From positions 1 to 64,000 of the forward strand of contig NW_019091358.1 in NCBI RefSeq assembly GCF_001949145.1: a stretch of DNA of 64,000 nt, read 5' to 3'. The position numbers and the translations under genes are program-made. The notes beneath the pieces were generated by a model. The model had not been told where the DNA came from. It saw nothing but the letters and a program-made list of their open reading frames with translations, and made no database searches. This document shows positions 1-12,703 of the stretch, piece by piece. How positions within the stretch are numbered: position 1 is the first letter of the stretch; each line of letters begins with the position of its first letter. This DNA is from Acanthaster planci. Lineage: Eukaryota.

Positions 1-762
1 TTGTGTATCTTGGGCTGGCTGAAGAATCTTGGGCTCTTTGAGTTGGATGGACGTAACTGTTGGTACAGCTGTTCTGTGATGTTCCCAGAGCGATGGAGGG
101 AGAGAAGCTTCTGTTGCAGCTTCCTCTCAATGGCTGCCGTGGGGTCTCTTCAAATTCACGGCAGCAGCCCGAATTGAGTATATCCACGACCTTGTGATCA
201 TACTCAACCTGGTCCATGACCACAGTGGCATTGCCCTTGTCAGCAAGGAAAATGTGGATGGATTTGTCTTGGCGGAGGGACTTGATGGCTGAACGGTCTT
301 CTCTAGTGGTGTTGGGCTTGGGGTTCTTGTGTTTCCGGAGGGCTTGGCTGATGTCAATGCGAATCTCATCGGCGGTGGTCTTGTCTAGGCAGCAGAGAGT
401 GGGCTCAGTGACTTAAACGATCTCTGCCCTTGGGCAGAGGCCAGGGAGTGAGCGCAAAGTTCAGGCCTAGGGCAAGAACTTTCTCCTCGCTAGAGGACAA
501 GGAGCACTTACTCATGTTGACCACGGTGTGCTTAGTAAAGGACTCCTTGGACTGAAGGTAGGAGCTGGAGCTGGACTTGCGGCTGCAGATGGGATCACGG
601 AGGCGATGTCCCGGAGGAATGGTGTCGGACTCTGCATCGTTTCAGGAAGGTCAGGTTGTTGATGCTCTTGGAACGCTTGATGGAATTTCGTTCGTAGTGC
701 TTGACCTTGGTCGTGGTGGGCTCCCCGTAGAGTGACGACAGATGGGATTTCAAGCTATTCAT
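1..762 (-). mobile_element. Penelope-like retroelement (Poseidon-type), N-terminal part of the RT ORF, degraded; runs off the window start
   Basis: Minus strand from ATG at 762: MNSLKSHLSSLYGEPTTTKVKHYERNSIKRSKSINNLTFLKRCR, then with frameshifts LGLNFA, KPNTTREDRSAIKSLRQDKSIHIFLADKGNATVVMDQVEY and RPSNSKSPRFFSQPKIH. These are typical pre-RT PLE motifs (ADKG..VVMD, PKIHK). Confidence 0.8.
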
Positions 763-1000
763 GGTGACAGACGACTATAATTGTCGATATATTGGTTGTT
801 TCTCATTTCTGTTCATATATTGTGACAAAAATACATTTTTCTTTATTCTTCCCAAGTTGGCAGGAATCATTTTTTTGTGTCTGACAGGAAAGAAGTGGAA
901 CTTGTGCAATTTCAGTGATTTTTCAGTGGACAAGTCAAACATTGTTAGCTGCACAAACGTACCAAGAATGCCAACTGTTTACAGAATAATTCCATCATAA

Positions 1001-1531
1001 TGTGTAGAAGCCGTCCATTTTAACACTAATGCTATTTAATGTGTTGTTTCTTTTATATTCTGGTGCGATTTGTAAAGCGTACGTGTGGAAACGCTATACG
1101 TATTACATGCACAGTGTCATTGAATTTGCCCATTGTATACATGTATGTGTGCCTGACATTTAAGACACAAATTAACGGTGTACTTAAATGCATGTACATG
1201 TACTCAGTGCTTTCGTTGTCAGTGGGGTGACTTCATTTGCATGTGTGCGACACGCACTTTTAGCCTGTCAGCATACATGTACGTGTGCAGTTTTCAGCCC
1301 TGCCAAAAATCTATAAAAGGCGAGCCAGCATCACATTCAAGTGCTCTGTTCGCCTCCAGAACGGGCCCTGTGGGAAGAAGCGATCCGGCACCAGGAAGAA
1401 GCAGGAAGATGATGACGAACTAGAAAGAAGGGTTATGATGACAGGAAAACTGACAAAAAGGAGTAATGAGCCAAGTAGAGACACGAAGAGCCTGAGGAAT
1501 TGAGGTTTATAATAATTGTACCGGTGTCACA
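1001..1531 (+). mobile_element. possible solo LTR
   Basis: Begins TGTG and ends CACA, about 530 bp, with TATA-like CTATAAAAGG at 1311 and AATAAT near the 3' end. No clean TSD outside the TG..CA ends. Confidence 0.3.
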
Positions 1532-3280
1532 TGTAGCGAAGATGGCCACGTACAGACAGTAGACTGGCTACCAGTCTTAATAGCTACACGTGCAGTTGCA
1601 GCAATAATCTTGAGGCTTAGAATAAACGGAGGGGGTATGCAGGCTGAATTCACCTCACCTGACAAAGAAGAATCACTTGAACTTGAAGGATGAGTTTGAA
1701 TGTAAATAAATTAGAAGCATAATTGAGAATTCTAGAAATATTTCTCCACTGCCTTATGAATTATCTGCCTTTGTCTGTCTTAGGGATTCCGCCTCAGAGT
1801 AAAGGTTTAGGATCAGACTTTAGGACAGACAGAGATTATTCCAACTGCCCAATTGTATTGGCTGGTTTTTTGAGAGATTTACATTTAGCAGAAAATTTAT
1901 TCGATTTCTGTTGACTGAGTGATCTTTTGTTTTCTTAAAGAAATTTTTTTTACCATCTTTTTAGGGATTGGGATAAGGAATATAACAGTTGGGTTATATT
2001 CAGGATTGATTGTTATTGGAAAGCAGAGAGTGAATAGCCAATCTCTTTTTTGAATTTGTGGAGGTCTTGAAAAAGACCGTTTGGTTTTTGTTGTTTTGCC
2101 AGGCTCAATAGGGTCATTTCCTCTTCAGGCTCTTGGTTTGTTGGGGCCAGGTCAGGGAGCTCAAGAGTTGTTGAGCTGTGCTGTGGTCACGGCCTTGGAG
2201 ATCAGCAAGTTCTTCTTGGGCATAGTATCTGGCATCCGAAAGCTTGTCGAAGAGGATGTAGGCTGGGTAAATGAGCTGTGGTACATGTATCTGAGGAACG
2301 GCGTGGTCTTAGTTGTCAGACCGCAACTGTGATGTGAAGGTGGCAGGGTTGATGTCTCAACTGCCCTGGACAGGAGTCGGATTTGACAGGTGATGTGGTT
2401 TCTGGCAGCGGTTGTGTTGTTTGTTTTGCCAGGGATTTTACCCATTTGAAATGTGTGTCAAGGAGGTGGTGAGAGGTTGACGGTGTGTTGTCGTTGGAGG
2501 GTCCAGTGTTTTCTAACTCCAGTGAGAGAACGAGTTTGTCATCACTGGAGTTATTGGTGGGTGGTGACTGTTGTCCGCAGAGTATGCTGGAGGTGGAACT
2601 TGACGGTGAGGTCAGTGGAGGTGTGCTGTTTCTTCTCTTGCTTTGGTTGATTTCTTGCTCAGCTTTGACATTTTGTTTCTTTAAAGACTCTTGCACACTC
2701 TCTCTGTGATGGCTTTTGCATTTGCACGTTTAACTTGATTTCCAGGAATTCCGATGTGAACTATTATGCATGTTATGTATAAACATGATAAACATCAATT
2801 CCATCTAGATTGGAGATATCCACTGTACCATCCACAAAATGCTGTAGTACGGGGCTCTGTTTACCAAGAGCATTCTTCAGGTTAGCCTTTATGATCTGAA
2901 ATTTAGAAAATGAACACTCAAACCATGGAAAAGGAATGGGCTAACAATGGAAACACAAAATGATGCAGATTACTGGCACATGCCCTTCCAAACTGGGGTA
3001 GATACATGTAGCTTCTATCTTTGGGGCCAATTTGGTAATGTGTTTGGATTGAAAGGGGTATTCAGTTATTCAGCAAATCTCAGCCAAAACTTTTTCCATT
3101 TGCACTATGTGAGCTATAATAAAGCCATTAAAATAAAGCAGTTATACAAGCATGACTTTGCACAGCGTCAGTCACAGTGGGAAACACCCAGCAAAACATT
3201 AAGTCACCAATTACAGGTACTGACTCTACAGAAACTGTGATGTACCTCATCAACCTTTATTATTAGGGGGCTTACCAACA

Positions 3281-5220
3281 AGGCCTTACCATTCTCCTGC
3301 GTAAAGCCTGCTTTTTTACTGCAAGTCTGTCGTTGCTAAGAGGCCGGAAAGTTCATGAACTGCACGCTCGTGTGCACTGGAGAGCACACAGAGTTAATGA
3401 GCTGGCCCGGCTGGGCGCTACTGTTGCAGAGAAACTACGTCACAAGACACAGAGACATATTTACATACTGCGTTCTTTCCCCGGACTGGACGGTGTTGGA
3501 AAATATGATCGACTTGGAGATACACTTACATATTGCGTTCTTTTCATGGACAGGATGATGTTGGAACAAAATGATAGACTTGGAGAAACATTCACATATT
3601 ATGTTCTTTCCGTGGATTTTACAGTGTTGAAATGCAGTTTTGACTTAAAGAAGCATCAGCTGCGAATTTGTGCATTGGGTGTTTAGTTTTAAAATTTGCA
3701 GCGCAAATTCGGCACCAACTTACGTAAAAATCATGTTCACGTTTGCGCTGATTATTTAAGAGTTGGCAAATGTTGAACATATTTGCCCCCTGGAAAATTT
3801 TATAGGAGAAAATGCTTTATGGCATCATTATCAGTGTGAACCTGGCATTAAAGGAACCTGTATTACGGTCCATTATTCTGCCTTTCTGTGAATTCTGAGT
3901 TGTACTTCATGCAAATGCGATGTGAAGTAAAACAACTTCACAAAACCTTTGGCGCAAAATTGTGCCCTTATTATTTAGCATATGAGTAGATCACTTGAAT
4001 GCAAATGGTTTCCAAACATGCATAATGTATGTCAAGGTATGAGGTGCATCCTGGATGATCAGTCACGTTCACATGACTTGGACATTTTCATTTTCTTCAA
4101 GGGAGGTATGAAACCCTATTTCTACATAAACAACGTTGGAAAGCTTATAATGAATAAAGTGTTTTAAATTACTTTGCACAGAACGTACAGTAATTATTAC
4201 TTTATGCAAACAAAACTTGTTCATTTCACAAACTTTTATGCATTAAAAATGAAATACAGAAAACAATAAATGATCCCTATTTTGGTGAATGAACTCAACT
4301 TTTGATGGCAGAGGAGTTACAGGGAACAGTTTGGAATCACACATTACAAAATGAAACACAGATTTGTATTAAAATAAAATCTCTGGCAAGTAAACAAGAC
4401 TCTTCCATGGTGTGTACATTCATTGCAAATCCTTTTTTTATCCCACAGACATGCATAAAAATGCAACAATCTCAAAGCTTAAAGCACAGATGCATGGCCC
4501 CGCTGATGAATAAATACAGTATATCTTCAAGCAAGAAGGATCATGTTTGTGCCAGATCGGACTAGTCATGGCTGTGATGCACTGGCACTTGGCCCACATG
4601 ACTCAACTAGTCCATACCATGGAGAAAAGAGACAAGGTAGTGGTCGCTCACGACTGTCACGTTGTGTAGTGTGTGCAAACCGACTAGTCTAGCTCGGTGT
4701 GAACAAACTTTACATGGCCAGCGTGTGGTTGCTCTGAACAGGCGATCGCAAATGCATGTTATGTACACCTAGTGCAGTGCTGCGCTGCATCTCTGCAGGG
4801 CCTGGCAGGTACTCCAGCCACTGTGCAGTTTTGGGCACGTACATTCAACTAGTTGCATGGGCCTACTGTCATCACTGAAACACCCAATTTTTGATGTCAG
4901 GAGTTCCAAATTCAAATTGTAGCATAATGGCCAACCATGAATGAACATGTCGTTCCGATTGCGGTTTGGTGGGGCTCTCCGGTACACACAGGTCTTTGAT
5001 CAGCTGTTCCGATCGCGGACTTTCCAGTTGACATTGATATTTAAATGGCCTGACCTAAATTTGCGCAGGGTGTTCTGAACGCGGAGCAAATGGAATATTC
5101 ATGTTTGTAGATTAACATACACCGTTCTTGCTGCATACGGTCGTTGTTGTCAAGTGCCCTTTTGTTAAAAAAAAGTTTGCGGACTCCAGCAGACTTCCCC
5201 GGGGAAGAACGGTAAGGCCT
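3281..5220. mobile_element. non-autonomous DNA transposon with imperfect TIRs
   Basis: Left end AGGCCTTACCATTCT versus reverse complement of the right end AGGCCTTACCGTTCT. The left about 680 bp has an inverted homologue at 51700-52324. No TSD recognisable. Confidence 0.5.
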
Positions 5221-5696
5221 CACTGCTAAGCCCCCTCAATGTAAAACAGATAACTTTCATAAAGTCTCGAAAGTGGGCATTCCTGACGATGGACGTGGCA
5301 AAAAAATCCAACCATCAAGTTCTTGATGATTGCCTGGTTTATTGCTCTCTGTCGAGGATGCTTGACATTGTATAACTGCATAGTCTGCTGGTCAGATGGA
5401 TTTCCCACCCCAGGGGTGACACTGACAAATGCAGTAATCCCTTGCTGTTTGTATGGATGAGGAAGTGATGGCTCTATCCCATTCAGAGATGCGCTGTCTT
5501 ATAGATTGATGTGGGAATACACTTGGATAAAAGCAACTGTTTATTTGAAGGTTTATTTTTGTCTGATTGATTTCCACATAGAGACTAAAATGGAGTCTCG
5601 AGAGGGCAAAAATAATGGGGAGGAACTGACTTATATAAAATTGGTGCCATGGTTACCGAAGCAGTGAGTTGGGTAGGGGTATTTTACCTGATACTA

Positions 5697-5739
5697 GTGA
5701 GAATGCATTTTCATCCCTTCAGGGACTCATCAGTCGCAC
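5697..5739 (-). ncRNA. minimal type I hammerhead ribozyme motif of a Penelope pLTR
   Basis: Minus strand GTGCGA-CTGATGA-GTCCC-TGAA-GGGAT-GAAA-ATGCAT-TC-TCAC: both core boxes, a 5-bp stem II and a palindromic short stem III. Stem I is imperfect. Lies just 3' of a PLE RT in the same orientation. Confidence 0.65.
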
Positions 5740-5839
5740 GATTCCTGAGGAATCCAGGTATGGTTTTACTGAGTGAGTGGCACTCACAAGACGGGAAATT
5801 TGGGTAGCCGTCTGTATGGGATATGATATTAACAACACA

Positions 5840-7670
5840 ATTTAGTTGGATGGGTTTTGTTCATCCAATAAGGAAACTAGGATATCAAGGGTGTCATCAT
5901 GTTCTTCAGGTGTAGAGGACTGGTTGTTTTCTACATGGCTGAGTTTGGCTCTGACAAGTTTTTTTGGATGTTGTTGGCGCTTTTGTAAGCAACAAGTGGA
6001 GGTTTAGGGAAAATCTCTCTGAGGCGTGGGTTGCTTGAAATAAGGTGACAATGTTCCAGAAGAGTATTTCTGACATCCTTGTAATTCACTCGTTGATTGT
6101 GTGTAGTGGTAAAGATGAGGTAAGTTCTTTCTTTGCCTTCACGTTTTGTTCTGTGTGAATTAAAGATTTCCATTGTTGGAAATGAATAGATTGCATCGAC
6201 TTCAGAAATTTGGCTTGGGTATAGCCTTGAGTTAGAAGTTTTTCTTGAAACTTTTCACATTTATTAGAAAGTCATCCTTATTATTTGTATTTCTGGCATA
6301 TCTCAGGATTTCACCTTTGATAAAGCCGTGGAATACGTGTTGTGGATGGGATGAAGTTCTTTAAGTATTGGAATGTTTCCATTGGTTTCATGAATACTTT
6401 AGTATCCAGGGTACCAGCTTTGCGGAAATGCGGACCTTTGAATATGGTAAGGTCCGGGTAGGTGATGGAAGATTTAGATGCCTCAAAAGTAAATTTGAGG
6501 GAGTTGAGGGAATTTGATGCAGTTGGTTCAGATGGTGGACAATTTGGATGAAGGAATCAAGATGGACCTTGTAGATGATGAGTATGTCATCTCTGAATCT
6601 TGCCCTCAAAAGGATTTGATCCATGAGGGCTGAGATTTCCAAGTCACGTAGTGCTACACGTACATGTATATCGCAAATTTCTGGACTCGCTACTGAACCC
6701 ATTTCACATCCAATTTTCTGTTTGAAGGAACTTCCTCCAAACTGAAAATAACTGCAACCTAGAACAAGTTCCAGGAGAGTACAGATATACATGTATGTGG
6801 ATCGGGGTTTGGGAATGGCGTAGCTGAAATTGGTTGTATCATAGGCCTTGCATACCGGTTCGATAGCTTGTGCTTGGTGAATGTTGGTATACATGGAGAC
6901 AATGTCAATGCTTGCTAGGATTGAGTTTTGGGGACAGTTTTCCTTTTCTAGATTCCGCTGGATGTCCGTTGTATCATGGACATATGTTTTTTTGGCGGTT
7001 ACTATTGGAAGGAGGAAATACTCCACATGCTCAGAGATTTTGGTTGTTGGGCTTGTGCAACCGCTGATGATAGGCCTGCCAACAAAGGGTTCACCCAGTG
7101 GGGATGTTTTGTGTTTTTTGGGACGAAAATACATGGTGGGCAGGAGATGGGTTGTCCAAGCAGGTCAAGGTAAGCAAAGGTGTGTTTGTCTATGTGCTTG
7201 CTTTTCAGCATGTTGGTTCAGACATTGTGAACTTTGAGGGAGGTTTCATGGCTGAAATCCTGTTTACTTTTTCATAGTGGTGGGAGTCAAGATGTTTGAA
7301 ACCGACTTTTAGGTAGTCCTCTCATTTCATGATGCAAATGCCACGGCCTTTGTCATAGGGTTTGATGACAACAGATGGGTTGAGTTTGGAAATAGCTGCC
7401 TATTTGGCTTTGGACATGTTGGTTCAAGTGTTTCTCATACGGATGTGAGCTACATGTAGTTTCATCTTGGTGGCTTCCAAATACACTAGTTCTCAAGAGT
7501 TGAATTTTAAGTGGATTTGGGGTGCCATGTGGATGAAGATTTGAAAGGCCTGTCTTTCAGAACTTTGTTATACATCAGGAATGCAGTTCTCATTTGTTTT
7601 TGATATTTATTAATATCATGGAGAAGAGAGAGACAATTGGGTTTAGCCGGGGTCACTAAAATTGGCTTTT
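5840..7670 (-). mobile_element. Penelope-like retroelement RT, 5'-truncated and frameshifted, with no GIY-YIG domain after the RT
   Basis: ORF 6388-7134: GRPIISGCTSPT, LASIDIVSMYTNI, KQKIGCEMGSVASPEICDI, RFRDDI. Upstream IKPYDKGRGICIM; downstream SSHPQHVFHGFIKGEILRY and IFPKPPLVAYK..N, then a short acidic tail and stop near 5841. Confidence 0.88.
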
Positions 7671-8787
7671 GAACTCCCCATTATTACAGATATAAAGTAG
7701 CACTTATAGTAGTAGCACTTACATATACCAGACAAAACATAATGGCTAAATATTAGAAAATAATTAAAAAGAACACTTACAGTATATACTGGCTCATGAG
7801 GTCTTACAGCACACTGAAACTTGTCACAGCCTGCCCTTCCTCTTTAAACTTTTCTCCTGAAAATTTGGGGCAGCAAATCGCTCTCCCAACTTATGGCTAC
7901 CGTCAACACTGGATTTCCAATCCACATTAACAAGGTTGAAAGCTTAATAAAATTCTGGCTTCAGAGCTGTCGCTCAAACGTATGCTATCGCACCACAGGC
8001 CTGTCAGTGTGTGTCACACAGAAACACACCCCAGTATTTAAGGCTACCACTGCTGGACAACGCCTCAGTGAGCAGGCACTATAAGACACTATTCAGGTCC
8101 CCATGCCTGGTGTGTACCCATGCGGGTGTGAACCATACAGGACCGCACCTTACTTTGCATAAAAGGGCATATATAAGGAAATTTGGCCAACTTGGCAACA
8201 TACAGTTTGTGTCTTTAAATTAATCAAACACTTGGCGTAAAATATCACTGACTTGTGACAAACACGTACACATAATGCCCACTGAGACGTCGAGAGCATG
8301 ATACGAATGAACAAATGTGTCCTATATAGTACTTCTGTGTGTAAAATATGTTAATGCAAACAATGAATCTCCTTTCCATCTCCGTCCACAAGCAACTTCG
8401 ATGTGAACAAAATTTTTTTCTACACTGTTTCCCCAAAGTTTGTTTTAGGAGTTAAAAGTCCATAAGTCCAAAGTCCATAAGACAGTAATGGAGCACCTCC
8501 CCTTTCACTCCCTTTCACCCCTTTCCACCACTTTCCACCACCCGCGCCGGGGTTTCCCACTTCACTCACCTTGACATTTTGGCCCCGGCGTACTTTTTTT
8601 GTCAACAACTCGCGACGTGCGCCTGCCTGCACCGACCTCGCACAAACAACCTAGACCTTTGACCCCGTGACTCTCAAACAAAAAAGGGGATTTCCCTCGC
8701 TTTTCCTGCCTGAACTCGTGACATCTCACAGTTTACAACCACCTTAAATAAACGGACTATATATAAAAATAACAATATATATAAAAC

Positions 8788-9409
8788 ATGTCAAGTCAAG
8801 TTGTTAGAAAAAATGAGGAAAATAAAAAGAATCTATATAAAAGGATATGGTAGACCATAAATCAAACGTTAATTGTTATTTCTGCAAATTCTGCAAAGAC
8901 ACGAGAAATTCGATCGATTCAGTAGATTTGTACGATTGCTTTCGTTGTTTAAATTCTGACTGTTTGTTTCAATGTACAATTGTAAAGAATGCCATGAATG
9001 CCACAAATGTAACGACTGCGCCAGATGTAATAACTGCTCCACTTGCGACAATTTCGGTAGATGTATAAATTGCGTGGCTTGTTTTAATTCATACTACTGC
9101 CAAAATTCAAATACCTTGGACAGTTGCGGGGACTGTTATGAATGCAGCAATTGTATCGAATGTTTTGGTTGTACATATTGCAACTGCTGCATAAATTGTG
9201 TCGAGTTGGAAGGAGTGGATCACATAGTGCTCGTAGACGGTAAGCATAAAAAGCTGAGGCACGCGCTAAAAAACGAGCCACTGCCCGATTCAGCGACTAA
9301 ACTCGACTCGGATTTATACGAAATTGGGCTAATTATTGAATACGACATTGCCATTGAACATTTAATTAAAGTAGAAATCCCACCCGAATTAATAGACGCA
9401 GCTGAATAA
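8788..9409 (+). pseudogene. Cys-rich (Cxx)n repeat protein of the Polinton-like element, frameshifted
   Basis: ORFs 8847-9068 and 8972-9409 join to give CYFCKFCKD...CKECHECHKCNDCARCNNCSTC...CGDCYECSNCIECFGCTYCNCCINC, with Cys at every third residue. Confidence 0.7.
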
Positions 9410-9411
9410 AA

Positions 9412-10224
9412 ATGAGAAAGATATATGACAAAGCCGGGAAAATCAGAATCATGTCAACCCAAGTATATATCGTTTCAGATGACCACGAGTGTCTCAATGC
9501 CGACAACTGTCACCCCAACGTCACCTATGGCCCTTTTGACCCGAGTAAATTAATCATTTCAAAGCCCATGATTAATAAAGAAGGCACCCACGTGAGTCAA
9601 TGCAGTTCCCCCATTTTTTACCGTCACATCGGTAAAAATAAACACCTGTTGATTATGACGATAGAACCCTGTTACGGCATAAACCTGCTTTATAAATATG
9701 GCACTCGAGATAAAACGCCAGAAAATTTAGTGGGTCGGCAAATTTGCTATCAAATAGAACAACCTACGACAAACATACTCGATCACATAAATTTGGCCGT
9801 TTATAGGTTTATCGAATCTCAAGAGTCTAATCTCCTGTCTAATACCGTAAACGCCTACAAAGCCAGTCGCGATATAGATGAATTGAACAAGAACGACTAT
9901 GTAGTTAAACCACCTTATATGGCTTAAAACCAAATGTACGTTAAAATAGATTTCTCTATTTGATCACCAAAAAAAACCCATTGACTCGTCAAATATCAAT
10001 AAATTTATCAATAAGAGATGCGACGCGCAATCATTTATTTGTCCAAAAGATGTATACTACGGTACCCATGGTTCACTGTCTTGCGGCGCTAGCGTTAGGT
10101 ATAGAATGACAGCGGCAATGTTGAAAATTAGAAACGACGCACTAATTTCAAATAAGTCGGCGTTGCAAGCATTTAGCATATCTGAATCTCTCATGAAATT
10201 AAAAGTCGATTTAACCTCGGTTTA
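9412..10224 (+). pseudogene. virus-like protein resembling the iridovirus/NCLDV DUF2738 (putative ssDNA-binding) family
   Basis: FDPSKLIISKP, CYGINLLYKYG, KPPY..MYVKI and, past a stop and frameshift, KPID...NKRCDAQSFICPKDVYYGTHGSLSCGASVRYRM. Family resemblance is from memory and unverified. Confidence 0.4.
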
Positions 10225-10364
10225 GTACATCTGAATTTGAATCTCTCATGTAAATAAAAGTTGATTAAATTATGAATCAATTAAACCTCGGTTATTCTTC
10301 GGAATAACTGGGGTTGTTTTCATGTCACTCGTTCCTAAAATAAATAAACAACATATAAATAACA

Positions 10365-10712
10365 ATGACATACGCAGAAATTTGCCACCTACTCGGTTAC
10401 GAACCTGAATGGCCAACCCTGCCACCACAACCAGAAAAAACGTGTGAACACGACATATTTGAAATGGACGAAAGATATGTATGCCGACATTGCGGTCTAA
10501 TTTTTGGGTGGGTTCCTTCATATACCCCTGAAGCGATGGGAGATAGATACTTCCATCATCACGTTTGGAAAAAACCCCCTCCACGAAAATCAGAGAAGAC
10601 TTTGAGAGAACTTAACATTGAGTTACCCAGTGATCAATCGGGTCGCATCGAATATGCGTTAAATCGAGTTTTAGATGGTAAGATATCCAGAGGAAGACCG
10701 TTGAGGGCTTAA
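10365..10712 (+). CDS. zinc-ribbon protein (CxH-x10-CxxCG), TFIIB/viral late transcription factor-like; possibly truncated
   Basis: ORF of 115 aa containing CEHDIFEMDERYVCRHCGLIFG, preceded by the element's TATA-A-rich-ATG motif. Confidence 0.5.
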   Translation: MTYAEICHLLGYEPEWPTLPPQPEKTCEHDIFEMDERYVCRHCGLIFGWVPSYTPEAMGDRYFHHHVWKKPPPRKSEKTLRELNIELPSDQSGRIEYALNRVLDGKISRGRPLRA

Positions 10713-10917
10713 ATCGTGGTATTTTATCAAGAGGCAACCGGGGAGGACGATTTAAAAGTAAAAGATTTGTTTCAAGTTTCGGATAAGTATTGGAAAAATG
10801 CCCTCGACAAATTAAACCTCGCCAAACAAGATTTCCAAAAATATATAGATTGCTAAACAAGATTTTTCAAAACGTATAGATTGACCAAACAAGATTTTTC
10901 AAAACATATATAATAAA

Positions 10918-11990
10918 ATGGAGACTCACACGTTTTACTTAACTGAGAGCGAGCAGATGTTTAAATTGAAAGATGTCATTAAAAACACCAAAGGCGACAA
11001 AGTCGTCCGAGTAAAGAATATTCAGTATGAAGCTGGATATTTCAACGTAACAAACGCGACTGAAATTGAGTGGGATACAAACTTGGACGCTAGGCCCGCG
11101 GGGGTACGTGGCAAACGACCGCCTGGAATACCTTCAGAGGAAAGAACGGAAGTATCTCCCAATTCAGAATTAGTACAAACAGCTAAAACCAGACTGATCC
11201 AAGCAAATAAAAAAGGCACTTTAGCAGAAGAAATCAGAATTATCGCTGAGGAAATTGCGAAGCCGAACCAAGAAATCTCAACTTGAGAAGAGCAGTTAAA
11301 CCAAAGACAACCATTAGAAACGCGAGCTCGTTTAGCTTATGATATCGAGGATAAAAAAGTCAAATCTGTTTCACTGCTCGAAGGGCAAAGACAAGCCTTG
11401 GATGAAATCTATGAAGGGAATCCCCCAACTCGACCTACAACAAATGCCCCCGTACAACCCACGAGACCCAGAAGAGAATTAACTAAAAGACTTTTTTTGA
11501 CGGGGCTAACGGAACCTATATACGATAGACTTCATTCTCAGAGCTCATCTCAACCATTACCCGAGGGTCGAAGAGGAAGCATCGTGGTATCTCCCGGTTA
11601 TTATAACATGGACTCAGAATCTAAAAGGGTGACTTCGGCCATTACGGACCCCAATCTCAAGTTGAGACTAAATAAAGAAGTGTCTAAGCTATTGAACTTA
11701 CCCAAAATAAAACTTTTACCCAACGTTATTTATGAAGGCAACTACCATTTAAACCCCTTGAAACTCGCGTTTATTCATTGCAAACAATTAAATACATTTG
11801 ACAACTTTTAAAACGGGCAGTCTTTGAACTTGCTATACGTTGTTGCTACCGAGCCTCGCACCTCAACACCTGTGACGTGTAAAATGCCTGAGAAGTTAAT
11901 ACACAGAAACATCAGTGAATTGGCTTTAAAACGATCGAGGTGAGCTCTTGAATAATATCGGCAAAATTTTAATCGAGTTAGACATATTTA
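10918..11990 (+). pseudogene. probable minor capsid (penton-like) protein with a low-complexity insert, disrupted by stops
   Basis: N-terminal beta-rich segment (VRVKNIQYEAGYFNV), later IVVSPGYYN and AFIHCKQLNTFDNF*NGQSLNLLYVV...KLIHRNISELAL, resembling Polinton penton C-terminal motifs. ORFs 10918-11286 and 11398-11811 share one frame. Confidence 0.5.
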
Positions 11991-12010
11991 AACGCGTATA
12001 TAATAAAAAG

Positions 12011-12602
12011 ATGACGACTAACGTATACCCGGATTTAAGTAAACACCCAGATTTGACTTTAAACTCGGCCGAACAAGCGGAGACTAAAATTTACCACCTT
12101 TGAAAGAGATTAAACAGGTACTCTCTGCACTTAGTTACGTAGAGCACGGTGTGGAAGTGTTGGATGCTACCTCGGCAGCCGTTGTCTTCCCGCTATTTTA
12201 GGTGTCAGTACCGGACCCGTTGGACTTGTGATAGAAGGCATCGCTATTGGTGCGTTCGGTGCCTACGCGGTGCTAAAGTACGCCACTCGCCGATTAACTC
12301 ACAAAACCAAAAAGCACGATGAAATTCGAATGTTGGCAGACTCCAAGCTAAACACCATTGAGTGATACGTATCTCACGCAATTGAAGACGGTGATATATT
12401 GCAAGAGGAATTTGTACTGCTTTTATCCGAGCTGAAAAAGTTTAACGAAAAAATAAGGTCAAGTACGTCTACACAATTACAAGAAACCAAGTTGACGAGT
12501 AAAGAAGAATTTGAACGTCAAGTAAACGAGAGAGCAGAAGCGCTAGCCAATGAACGGGCGGCGGTTTTTAAAAAAGATCTTATGAAAAAACTTGGTGAAT
12601 AA
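12011..12602 (+). pseudogene. membrane-associated viral protein (hydrophobic hairpin plus KKHDEIRMLADSKLNTI motif and coiled coil)
   Basis: MTTNVYPDL start; after frameshifts GPVGLVIEGIAIGAFGAYAVLKYATRRLTHKTKKHDEIRMLADSKLNTIE*YVSHAIEDGDILQEEFVLLLSEL, a motif I recognise from invertebrate Polinton-like elements. Confidence 0.6.
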
Positions 12603-12703
12603 GTTTTACAAAGTCGGTTAAGTATCAGGAACAACCACCTGCTTATCAAGCGGTTCAACCAACGGCACCTCCTTTAAAATAAAAATAAAGACGTATAAAA
12701 TAA

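Noticed and set aside
763..800. Degenerate hammerhead-like motif (TGACAGA-CGAC..GTCG-ATA) upstream of the first Penelope ORF
   Set aside because: Both core boxes deviate from CUGANGA and GAAA, so it cannot be supported.
1700..2750. Ser/Thr/Pro-rich minus-strand ORF fragments, possibly a retroelement N-terminus
   Set aside because: No diagnostic motif, multiple stops, and no family assignable.
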